Positions 9,134 to 19,002 of a stretch of 42,342 nt of DNA are shown here, in pieces. Source of the stretch: Candidatus Eiseniibacteriota bacterium (GTDB lineage: Bacteria > Orphanbacterota > Orphanbacteria > Orphanbacterales > Orphanbacteraceae); assembly GCA_043809585.1 (NCBI GenBank), contig JBDROZ010000073.1:1-42342 (forward strand), given 5' to 3'. The notes beneath the pieces are model-generated. The model saw only the letters and a list, made by a program, of their open reading frames with translations, had not been told where the DNA came from and searched no databases. Made by a program: the position numbers and the translations under genes. Each line of letters opens with the position of its first letter. Position 1 is the first letter of the stretch.

Positions 9134-10108
9134 ATGGGACGCATCCTGATCACCGGCGGCGCCGGCTTCATCGGTTCCCACGTCGTCCGCCTCCTCGTCA
9201 CGACGGGCGACTCCCCGCTCCGCGTGCTCGACGACTTCTCGACGGGCCGGAGAGAGAACCTCGCGGGACTCGAAAAAGGCGTCGAGGTCGTGGAGGGGGA
9301 TGTCCGCGACGAGAGGGCCGTATCGGAGGCGATGGACGGGGCGGACGCCGTCATCCATCTCGCCGCCGTCGCGTCGGTCCCCGAGTCGATCGCCGACCCG
9401 GCGACGACGAACGCCGTGAACGTGGGGGGGACCCTGAACCTCCTCGAAGGGGCCCGGAAAGCGGGGGTCCGGCGCTTCGTGTTCGCCTCCTCGACCGCGG
9501 TCTACGGGGAGCGGGAGAAGCTGCCCGTCTCCGAGGAGGATCCCAAGGAGCCTCTCTCCCCCTACGCCGCGTCGAAACTGATCGGCGAGATCTACGGGTT
9601 CGCCTACCACCGGCTCCACGGCCTTCCTTTCACGGCCCTCCGCTACTTCAATGTCTTCGGGAGCCGGCAGGACGAGAACTCTCCCTACGCGGCGGTCATT
9701 CCCCTTTTTCTCGGGCGGATCGAGAGAGGGGAAGCGCCGGTGATCTTCGGGGACGGGAAGCAATCGAGGGACTTCATCCACGTCTCGGACGTGGCGGAGG
9801 CGAACCGGCTCGCCCTCGAGCGGGACGAGGCGGTCGGCCGGGTCTTCAACATCGGGCGGGGGGAGGCGATCGACCTGAACCGTCTCGCCGCCCTGATCGG
9901 CCGGGCCGCGGGCCGGGAGATCCCCCCCCGGCGCGAGGCGCCCCGGCCGGGGGACATCATTCGCTCACGGGCGAACATCGAACGGGCCCGGCGGGAACTC
10001 GGCTTCGAGCCCCGCACCGGGCTGGAAGAGGGGCTCCGGGAGACCCTCGCGTGGTACCGGCGGGAGGTCGCCGGGAGGGGCAAGGAAGCCCTCCGGGACC
10101 GCCCCTGA
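9134..10108 (+). CDS. NAD-dependent nucleotide-sugar 4-epimerase (extended SDR, WbpP/GalE-like)
   Basis: TGGAGFIGS, YAASK, RYFNVFG and GDGKQSRDF motifs. Confidence 0.92.
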   Translation: MGRILITGGAGFIGSHVVRLLVTTGDSPLRVLDDFSTGRRENLAGLEKGVEVVEGDVRDERAVSEAMDGADAVIHLAAVASVPESIADPATTNAVNVGGTLNLLEGARKAGVRRFVFASSTAVYGEREKLPVSEEDPKEPLSPYAASKLIGEIYGFAYHRLHGLPFTALRYFNVFGSRQDENSPYAAVIPLFLGRIERGEAPVIFGDGKQSRDFIHVSDVAEANRLALERDEAVGRVFNIGRGEAIDLNRLAALIGRAAGREIPPRREAPRPGDIIRSRANIERARRELGFEPRTGLEEGLRETLAWYRREVAGRGKEALRDRP

Positions 10109-10129
10109 GACCGGGGAAGGGAAGGGGAA

Positions 10130-11279
10130 GTGGCCACGCCCATCACCCGCCGGAAAGCCGCGACGCCCGAGGAGATTCGGCTCGAGAGGGAAGTGATCGG
10201 GTCGCTCCACGTCGGGCTCGTGACCCTCGGCGCCGACGGAAGCGTGCTCGACATGAACCGGGCGGCGATGGCCCTGCTCGGCCTGCCGGCGGGGGATCCC
10301 ACCGGACGGCCCTGGCGGGAGGCCCTTCCCCCCGGAAGCGTGGTGCGCGACGTGGCGCGCCGGACCCTGCGGGAGCGGCGGGCGGTGCCGGAGGCGATCG
10401 GTCCCCTCGGCCTCGGTGAGGGGGCGGGGACGGCCCGCTGCATCAGTTCTCTCCTTCGGGATGAGCGGGGGGAGATCGGGGCGGTGGTGATCGAGTTCCA
10501 CGACGTCACCTCGCTGGTCCGCATGGAGGCGGAGGTGCGCCATCTCGACCGCCTCGCCACGGTGGGCCGCTTCGCGTCCGCCCTCGCCCACGAGATTCGC
10601 AACCCCCTGACCGGCATTTACGCGGGGGTGCAGTTCCTCGAAAAGACCCTGCCCGCCGAGAACGACGCGCAGACGAAGACCTACAGGATCATCCGGGAGG
10701 AGGTGGAACGCCTCAACCGGATGGTGGAAGACATGCTCGGCTCCGCCCGCTTCCCTGAACCGCGGTATCAGGAAGTCGACCCGAACGATCTGATGAGCAA
10801 GGTCGCGGCCCTCCTCGGGGAGAACGCGGCGAAGGGGGAGGTTACCATCGTCCTCGACGCGGACGAGACGCTTCCGCCCATCCGCCTCGACCCCGACCAG
10901 ATCTGCCAGGTCCTCCTCAACCTCGGACGGAACGCCGTCGAGGTGAGCCCCCCCGGGACGGAGGTGACCCTCGGGACCACGGCGTCCACCGGCGCGCCGG
11001 CCCGGGGCATGCTGCTCCCCGGGGGGTCCGTGCCGGGCGTCGAGTTCCGCGTGCGTGACCGCGGTCCCGGGATCGCGGCGGCGGAACGGGAGAAGATCTT
11101 CGAGCCTTTCCAGTCGAAAAAGAAGGGGGGCACGGGCCTCGGCCTGTACGTCGCCTTCCAGATCGTGGAGCGCCACGGAGGCTCCCTCTGGGTCCGCGCC
11201 GAGGAAGGATCGGGGGCGGAGTTCGCGGCGTGGGTTCCCTACCGCCGGCCGGGCGGCGAGAGGGGGAGGGAGGCGTCCG

Positions 11280-11293
<14 letters not shown>
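10130..11293 (+). CDS. PAS-domain sensor histidine kinase (NtrB/AtoS-like)
   Basis: N-terminal PAS, H-box AHEIRNPL, N-box NLGRNA, DRGPGI and GTGLGL. Confidence 0.92.
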
Positions 11294-12707
<1,414 letters not shown>

Positions 12708-13425
12708 TCCCGGGGATTCTCCTCATCGGGTTTCTCGCCTGCGGCTACGGTGTTTCGGGAAAGACCAATCCCCACATCAAGACCATTGCCGTGCCGATCT
12801 TCCAGAACGACACCCTCGAGAAGGGGATCGAGGAAACCCTCACGGCCGAGATCATCGACGTCCTCCAGGAGAACCGGACTCTCACCCTGACCCAGGAGAG
12901 AAACGCCGACTCCGTCCTCCTCGGCCGTATCGTCGATTACAAGCGGACACCCTACTCGTACGACACGTCGGAGAACGTCCAGGAATACAAAGTCGACATC
13001 CTCATCGCCGTGGAGTACGAGGACCGGAAGAAACGCAAGACCCTCTGGAAAGAGGACCGCATGCACCAGTGGGCGACCTACTTCGTCGTCGCCGCCCCGG
13101 GCCACGACGTCGAGGAAGAGGAAGACGCCCAGCTCCGGGCCATCCAGAAATTCGCCCAGGATATCAAGACCAAGACCGTCGAAGGCTGGTAGACATCGCT
13201 CGATCTCCCGCGCCCTAGCCGATGGGACTGTTGGGTTTCACCTTCCTGGTCAAAGCCCGGCCTCCGCGTTTCCTCCAACACCAGCCCCCGGCCGCCATCC
13301 CCGCCGCCACCGGCGGGTCAGGACCTCCCCTTTGCAACCATCTCAAAAGCAACGACTTTCCTACACAAAAGGGGAGGGGATGCGCTCCCGTCTTGTTATC
13401 CACCGCTGTATCCCCACCAATTCGT

Positions 13426-13453
13426 AGTTTACATAATATGGATTCTGCGACAC
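13426..13453 (-). other. dif: Candidate dif site (XerC/D chromosome dimer resolution site)
   Basis: Minus strand GTGTCGCAGAA-TCCATA-TTATGTAAACT has the 11-6-11 architecture; right arm matches the Bacillus-type XerD/RipX arm; intergenic, between convergent genes. Confidence 0.8.
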
Positions 13454-13943
13454 TCCGTGAATGAGACAATCGGTGGATAAGTGCCCCGGCGGGCCATCGG
13501 ATGGCTCCTCACGAACGTCCAGGCCCCCCGATGACCCTTCGGCCCCCCCGATCCTACTCCCTCTGCCCACACCGTTCCTGGATTGTCCGGTGACCGGTGA
13601 GGGCGCTCCTTACATAGACGCGGCCTGCTCTGCCGGTCCCGTCGATCATCGCCTGCTGTTTCGGCCTGCCGCCGGTCCGGGAGATCACCCTCCGGGACCG
13701 CCCTGATCCCGAAGGCGAGCCCCTCGCGGTCCCCATGGTCCGGATCGTTCGCATCGAGGCGACCCGGCTCAGCGGCGGCATGACAATCGGTTTCACCGTC
13801 GTGGGTTCCGCCGATCTGCTGCTCGGGCTCATTATTAGGGGCATGAGTAGGGCATGAGAGCGATCGAGTCTTCTTGCGGGTCCGAAGGATCACCGCTCAA
13901 AGAGATCCGGTTAGGTGCGATCAAACAGGATAGAGATTGAGTG

Positions 13944-13971
13944 AGTTTACATAATCTTGGGCTTGCAGCGG
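13944..13971 (-). other. Second, degenerate dif-like site (XerD arm only)
   Basis: Exact repeat of AGTTTACATAA at 13944-13954 in the same orientation as 13426-13436; XerC arm not conserved. Confidence 0.5.
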
Positions 13972-14057
13972 CAGACAGAGAATCTGCGTGAATGAAAAAG
14001 CCCAACCCTTTTTCGTCATGGCGGTTGGGCCGTGGCTTCACGTAGTTTCGAGGCCGA

Positions 14058-14768
14058 TCAGGGGGTTGCGGCGATCTTGCCACCCTGACTCAGGTTGAAG
14101 TCGATCTCGGTCCGGATCCGCTCGAGATTCGCCAGGTCCAAGGGGTCGAGCGATGCCTCGTCGATCCTTTCGAGGAGAGCGTTCGCCTTGCTGTAGTCCC
14201 CCCCCTGCCCATAGGCACGGACCGCCGAAAAGAGCATGTGGGCTTTCGCCGTCTTGTTCTCGTGCATTCCCGCGAGGTCCTCGTAGATCCGGGCCGCCTC
14301 CACGGAGCGTCCGAGCCCTTCCTCCACCGACGCCAGGCCGGCCCGGGCGCCGAGCCAGATCTCGGTCCCTTCCTTCGATTTTTCGAGGGCGGTCCGGTAG
14401 TAGCGCCCCGCATCCTCCCAGCGGCTCAGGTAGAAGTTCGCATCGCCGCAGAGGAGCGCGGCGTAACCGGCGTCCTTGTGCCCGGAGTGACTCTGGAGAA
14501 AGGTGGAGAGACGGTACGCCGCGTCGGTGTAGTTCCCCGCTTGGAACAACCCGACCCCCTCGCTGAGGGCGAATTCCGTGCCCCGGCGGGAACTCGCCTG
14601 GAAACGGACGAAGAGAACAAAGACCAGCGCCAGGAACAGGGCGCCCGCGACCGCCAACATGACCTGGGTCCGATGGTGCTGGAAGTACCCCGCCATCTGG
14701 AACGTCGTGGTGACGAACTGGTCTTCCTTCAGCTGCTTCTTCTTCAGTCTTCCCGTTTTCGTGGCCAA
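14058..14768 (-). CDS. Membrane-anchored TPR protein (YfgM-like)
   Basis: KQLKEDQF N-terminus, single TM helix, then TPR-like helical repeats. Confidence 0.8.
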   Translation of the reverse strand: MATKTGRLKKKQLKEDQFVTTTFQMAGYFQHHRTQVMLAVAGALFLALVFVLFVRFQASSRRGTEFALSEGVGLFQAGNYTDAAYRLSTFLQSHSGHKDAGYAALLCGDANFYLSRWEDAGRYYRTALEKSKEGTEIWLGARAGLASVEEGLGRSVEAARIYEDLAGMHENKTAKAHMLFSAVRAYGQGGDYSKANALLERIDEASLDPLDLANLERIRTEIDFNLSQGGKIAATP

Positions 14769-14884
14769 GATCCCGTGGTCTCCTTTCCCGTCTGGCTGAG
14801 CCCCCGTACGCTATCACAGGTCGCGAGGGGCCGCAACCTTGGAATGGACGTTCGGGCGCCACGGGGTGGTCGACCCGATTTCGC

Positions 14885-14914
14885 TTGACAGGGTGATTCA
14901 TATCTTCTTATTCT
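14885..14914 (+). promoter_or_regulatory. Putative sigma70 promoter
   Basis: TTGACA-N18-TATTCT upstream of the SpoIIE-domain gene. Confidence 0.5.
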
Positions 14915-14984
14915 CTGGGCACTTCCGGACCACGACCCGCACCCCCGGGGATCCGGGGTCGGAACCAGCCGCATTGGGGGAGCC

Positions 14985-17504
14985 ATGAACGGAGTGAGCC
15001 GCCCCCGCCGGGGCATCGGTCACGCCATCCTGATCGTCCTCGCCCCCGTCGTCGTTCTTTACGCCGTCGCCACCTTCCTCGCCATCGACAGGACTCCGAA
15101 CTTCGGAATGCGGGTCCGTTTCTTCCGGGTCATCCAGGTGATGTCGGGGGGCCCCGCGGACAGGGCCGGATTCCGGGTGGACGATCAGGTGATTACCCAG
15201 AACGGGATCTCCCGGGACGACATGCTCACCCTGCTCCGGGAGCACGGGCGGATCCGTCCGGGGGACGAAGTTCGATTCACCGTCGACCGGCAAGGCGAGG
15301 AGATCGAGCTCGTCGTGACGACCGCGACCATTGGCCCCCGGGACCGAATTCGCGTCATCTCGAGAACCGCCGTGGCCCTCTGCTTCCTTGCCGTCGGGAT
15401 CGTGGTTTACCGAAACCGGTTCGACCGGGTGGCGAAGATTTTCTACCTCGTGAGCGTCTTCTTCGCCTTCTATCTGATCGAGCCCCCCGCCACGGGGGAC
15501 GTGAGGCTTCAGATGCTGATCAAAATCGCCCGGGACGCGGCGATCCTCCTCCTCCCCCCCCTCTTCCTTCACTTCGTTCTCCTCTTCCCTCACGAGAAGA
15601 GGGTTCCCCCCTGGATGTTCTTCCTCCGCCCCCTCGGCGGCGGCCGGATCCGCTTTCCCCTCTACGCCGCGAGCCTCGTCCTCTTCCTCGTCGCCTCCCT
15701 CCTCACGGTGCTGATCTACACGACGGGAGAAACGAGCCCGGCCACCCTCGCCCTCTTCCAGCTTGCCGTCGTCCTCTATCTGTTCGGCTGCATCGTTGCC
15801 GGCGTGGGGGCGTTCTTCCACAGCTACGCGAAAACCCGCTCCCCGGTGATGCGCCGTAAACTGCGGGGCGTCCTCGTCGGCACGACGGTCGCACTCGTCC
15901 CGATCGTTTTCTTCAATGTCTGGCAGCAGATCCATCCGGAGGTCGAATTCGCATGGAGCGGGGCGGTCTTCCTCCTCGCCGCGGCGCTCCCGATCAGTTT
16001 CGGGCACGCCATCGTCCGGTACCGCCTTCTCGACATCGAGTTGATCATCAAGCGGAGCATCCTCTATACGCTGCTTACCGCGTTTCTCGCGATGACCTAT
16101 CTCGTCTTCGTCGAACTGGTCAGCCGGGTGCTCCGGCAGGTGGCGGGGAGCAGCGACATCCCCGCGACCCTCCTCTCCCTCTTCCTGATCGCCCTCCTCT
16201 TCTCCCCCACCCGGGAGCTGATCCAGAGATGGGTGGACCGGACGTTCTACCGAGAGAAGTACGAGCACCGGCGGACGCTCCATGAGTTCAGCACCGCCCT
16301 GACGTCGATCCTCGACCGGAACATCCTCCTCCGGCAGATGACCGAGCGGATCTCGACGACCCTTCACGTGCCGAAGGTGGCCGTCTTCCTTCGGGACCCC
16401 GCGGGTCCGGGGGGCCTCGTCCTCCAGGGGGAGACCGGCCTCGGAGGGCTCGATCCGGACCTCACCCGCTTCGACGAAAGCGACCGGATTCCCGGGCTCC
16501 TGAAGGCGAGCGCCGACATCCTCCCGGTGGAGCAGATGAGCGACGCCGAACGGGCCGAGTCGATGACGGCGGCGGAGCGGGAGCGGATCGGACGGCTCGA
16601 TTCCGCCCTTCTTCTCCCCCTCCTCTCGGGCGAGGAAATGGTCGGCCTCATCTCCCTCGGCCGGAAACGGTCGGGGGAGTTCTTCTCTCACGAAGACCGC
16701 CAGCTCCTTCGAACCCTGGCGAACCACGCGGCCCTCGCCATCGAGAACTCCACGCTTCACCACAACACAATCGAGAAGGAGCGGCTCGAACAGGAGCTCC
16801 GCCTCGCCCGGGAGATCCAGCTCGGGTTCCTGCCCGCCGCCCCCCCCGACCTTCCCGAGGTGGAACTGGCCGCGAGAAACGTGCCGTGCGAGGAGATCGG
16901 CGGCGACTACTACGACTTCATCATCACCCGCCCCTACGGGCTCGGCATAGCGATCGGCGACGCCACCGGGGACGGCGTGCCGGCGGCGCTTCTGATGGCG
17001 AACCTCCAGGCCTCTTTCCGCGTGGAGGTGGCGGTCCACCCCTCCCCCTCCGAGGCGCTCGCGAAGGTGAACACATTCACTTACCGGCAGACCCAGGACA
17101 CGCGGTTCGTGACGTTCTTCTACGGCGTGATCGATCTCAAGACGGGCCTCTTCCGCTACGCCAACGCCGGTCACAACCCGCCGATGCTCGTCCACCCGAT
17201 CGGGACATGGCGGTATCTGGACCAATCGGATCTGATTCTCGGAGTCGACCCCGGAACGGTCTACCGGGAACACGCGATGCATCTCTCCGAAGGGGACATG
17301 CTCGTCCTCTACACGGACGGCGTCACGGACGAGCCGAACGGGGACGACGAGAGCTTCGGTATGCTGCGGCTCGAGCAGATCGTGATCCCCAACCGGCACC
17401 TCCCCGCCGCCGAGCTGTGCGATCTGATTCTCCGGGGGGTGACCGAATTCATGGGGGAGGAGCCGGGGGACGACGTCACCCTCATGGTCGTGAAACTCCG
17501 ATAG
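14985..17504 (+). CDS. PDZ + multi-TM + GAF + SpoIIE (RsbU-like PP2C) phosphatase
   Basis: GGPADRAGFRVDDQV PDZ; about 8 TM helices; GAF ..LANHAALAIEN; GGDYYD, GDATGDG, NAGHNPP, YTDGV and DDVT motifs. Confidence 0.9.
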   Translation: MNGVSRPRRGIGHAILIVLAPVVVLYAVATFLAIDRTPNFGMRVRFFRVIQVMSGGPADRAGFRVDDQVITQNGISRDDMLTLLREHGRIRPGDEVRFTVDRQGEEIELVVTTATIGPRDRIRVISRTAVALCFLAVGIVVYRNRFDRVAKIFYLVSVFFAFYLIEPPATGDVRLQMLIKIARDAAILLLPPLFLHFVLLFPHEKRVPPWMFFLRPLGGGRIRFPLYAASLVLFLVASLLTVLIYTTGETSPATLALFQLAVVLYLFGCIVAGVGAFFHSYAKTRSPVMRRKLRGVLVGTTVALVPIVFFNVWQQIHPEVEFAWSGAVFLLAAALPISFGHAIVRYRLLDIELIIKRSILYTLLTAFLAMTYLVFVELVSRVLRQVAGSSDIPATLLSLFLIALLFSPTRELIQRWVDRTFYREKYEHRRTLHEFSTALTSILDRNILLRQMTERISTTLHVPKVAVFLRDPAGPGGLVLQGETGLGGLDPDLTRFDESDRIPGLLKASADILPVEQMSDAERAESMTAAERERIGRLDSALLLPLLSGEEMVGLISLGRKRSGEFFSHEDRQLLRTLANHAALAIENSTLHHNTIEKERLEQELRLAREIQLGFLPAAPPDLPEVELAARNVPCEEIGGDYYDFIITRPYGLGIAIGDATGDGVPAALLMANLQASFRVEVAVHPSPSEALAKVNTFTYRQTQDTRFVTFFYGVIDLKTGLFRYANAGHNPPMLVHPIGTWRYLDQSDLILGVDPGTVYREHAMHLSEGDMLVLYTDGVTDEPNGDDESFGMLRLEQIVIPNRHLPAAELCDLILRGVTEFMGEEPGDDVTLMVVKLR

Positions 17505-17633
17505 CCCGGAGGCCACCACCGGTCCGCTTTCTTCCGATCGCTCAATTTCCGAACAGGCTTGCCCGTCGTTTCCGTCACCGCAATCCTCTTGCATCCTCAT
17601 GTTTTTGCGAGAGTTAAGTCGATTTGTCCGGTT

Positions 17634-17648
17634 TGGCATCCATCATGC
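17634..17648 (+). promoter_or_regulatory. Putative sigma54 -24/-12 promoter
   Basis: TGGCAT-CCATC-ATGC with exact GG-N10-GC spacing, upstream of the small ORFs. Confidence 0.55.
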
Positions 17649-17756
17649 GGGTTCCTCCCTATTGCGGCTCAGGTTTCGACAGTCTTTTGCCGATCCTCAG
17701 TAGGAACCCGTGCCGCGGAAGAAACGCGGAGGGAATACCCAAGGGAGGTGAGGCCT

Positions 17757-17789
17757 ATGGGTGCCATCGACGTCATCTCGGATCCCTAA
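17757..17789 (+). CDS. Putative 10-aa micropeptide MGAIDVISDP
   Basis: Strong SD GGGAGGTGA just before ATG. Confidence 0.4.
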   Translation: MGAIDVISDP

Positions 17790-17812
17790 CATCGGGAAAT
17801 AGGAGGTGGCAG

Positions 17813-17872
17813 ATGTTCCCGTTCCTTTGGACGTTTTGGGGCATGTCGGACATTTTCTTCTGGATTCACTAA
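17813..17872 (+). CDS. Putative 19-aa aromatic-rich micropeptide MFPFLWTFWGMSDIFFWIH
   Basis: Strong SD AGGAGGT 5 nt before ATG; hairpin follows the stop. Confidence 0.5.
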   Translation: MFPFLWTFWGMSDIFFWIH

Positions 17873-17920
17873 TCACGAGGCCCGCGGCGGAAAGCGGGCC
17901 GCTATCAGGGGGTCGAACCG

Positions 17921-18040
17921 GTGAAGTACTTGGCGGCCACCATCGGAATCAGCGTTCTGACACTGCTCGGAGTCGGTTCCGGCCTGTGGTTCTGGTATTC
18001 GAACGGCTTTCCAGGGAACAGCGCCGGGATCCTCTTCTGA
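17921..18040 (+). CDS. Putative 39-aa single-TM peptide MKYLAATIGISVLTLLGVGSGLWFWYSNGFPGNSAGILF
   Basis: SD-like GGGGGT 7 nt before GTG; hydrophobic helix; terminator-like hairpin directly after. Confidence 0.5.
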   Translation: MKYLAATIGISVLTLLGVGSGLWFWYSNGFPGNSAGILF

Positions 18041-18052
18041 CCTCGCACTAAG

Positions 18053-18110
18053 GGCTGGGGAGGCGCGCCGCCCGGCGTACCGACCTCGGGGCCTCCCCAG
18101 CCGTCTTTTC
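18053..18110 (+). terminator. Putative intrinsic terminator
   Basis: GGCTGGGGAGGC...GCCTCCCCAGCC 12-bp stem followed by GTCTTTTC. Confidence 0.55.
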
Positions 18111-18132
18111 ATCCATGACATACTGTCGAACC

Positions 18133-18293
18133 GGAGTGAGCGGGGGGCTGGTTCCGCCCGAGCCCCGGGCGGAATGCGGGGGACATGAACTCGTTTCGTG
18201 TTTCCCGTATTCCTCCGGACGGGTATCACCCGCGAGCACAACTGTTCCAGAGCGCAGAGGAGGAGTCCGCGGAAGCCGCCGGCTTTGGAACGA
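18133..18293. repeat. Dispersed intergenic repeat, copy A (copy B at 35580-35743)
   Basis: Shared blocks GGARTGAGCGGGGGRCTGGTTCCGCCCGAGCC and TTCCAGAGYGCAGAGGAGGARTC at similar spacing. Confidence 0.75.
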
Positions 18294-18297
18294 GTAC

Positions 18298-19002
18298 CTA
18301 CTTCATCACCGCTGGCAAGGCGAGGAGCCAAGAGGCGCCGCGGTCCCGCACGACCAGACGGCCCCGGTGCCTCTCGAGGAACGACCAGGTGAGGGCCTGG
18401 CCCGCCCGGTGGGGGGTTCGGTGACGCCGGTCGGCGGGTCCCCGGCGCTCGAGTCGGACGAAGATCTCCTCCCCCTTCCGCGCGGCATCCACCGCGATCC
18501 GGCAGCCCGGCGCCGAGGAAAGCAGCTGCTCCCGAAGGGCGAAGCGGAGGACCGCGCGGGTCCATTCGCGGACCGCGCGCACTTTCAGGGGCTCGCCCGG
18601 AAGGTGCAGGTCGAGGACCATTCTCCTCTCCCGTGCCCGCGCCCCCTGCTCGTCCGCCACGTCCCAGATGGGAAAGCGTAGGTCGAAGTCCTCGTCCTCG
18701 AGACGTCCCGCCTCCTCCTCCTCGGCGAGACCGACGAGAGAGACCAAGGCCGAGAGAAACTCGGTCGCCTCCACCGCCGCCCGGAGTTCCTCCCGCTGAA
18801 CGCCCGCGAGCGGTCCATGCCCCCCCGCGAGAAGCAGTGCGATCCGGCGCTCTGCCTCGAGAAGGGGCGTGCGGAGTTCGTCGCAGAGAGAGAGGCCGGC
18901 GCGGCGTCTCACCTCTCGGAGAGGAGCGAGGGAAATGGAGCCGGTCGCGAGCCCCCCGTCGATGACGTCCCAAGCGGGAAACTTGGCGGAATGATGTGTC
19001 AC
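18298..19002 (-). CDS. Degenerate histidine-kinase-like protein (pseudokinase)
   Basis: LCDELRTPL resembles the H-box HELRTPL with His replaced by Asp; C-terminal GQALTWSFLERHRGRL resembles the HATPase G2 region; GTGA overlap with fliA. Confidence 0.6.
   Translation of the reverse strand: MTHHSAKFPAWDVIDGGLATGSISLAPLREVRRRAGLSLCDELRTPLLEAERRIALLLAGGHGPLAGVQREELRAAVEATEFLSALVSLVGLAEEEEAGRLEDEDFDLRFPIWDVADEQGARARERRMVLDLHLPGEPLKVRAVREWTRAVLRFALREQLLSSAPGCRIAVDAARKGEEIFVRLERRGPADRRHRTPHRAGQALTWSFLERHRGRLVVRDRGASWLLALPAVMK

Noticed and set aside
7809-10108. Horizontally acquired O-antigen/capsule island
   Set aside because: Only two precursor genes with native GC and codon usage; no wzx, wzy or glycosyltransferase run
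13325-13480. oriC
   Set aside because: Only two good DnaA-like boxes, no dnaA/dnaN or clear unwinding element; the dif match and convergent gene orientation favour the terminus
14898-17639. 913-aa minus-strand ORF and other long antisense or overlapping ORFs (e.g. 33465-35555, 10917-12695, 39334-41421)
   Set aside because: Shadow frames of real genes in high-GC DNA, with no recognisable motifs
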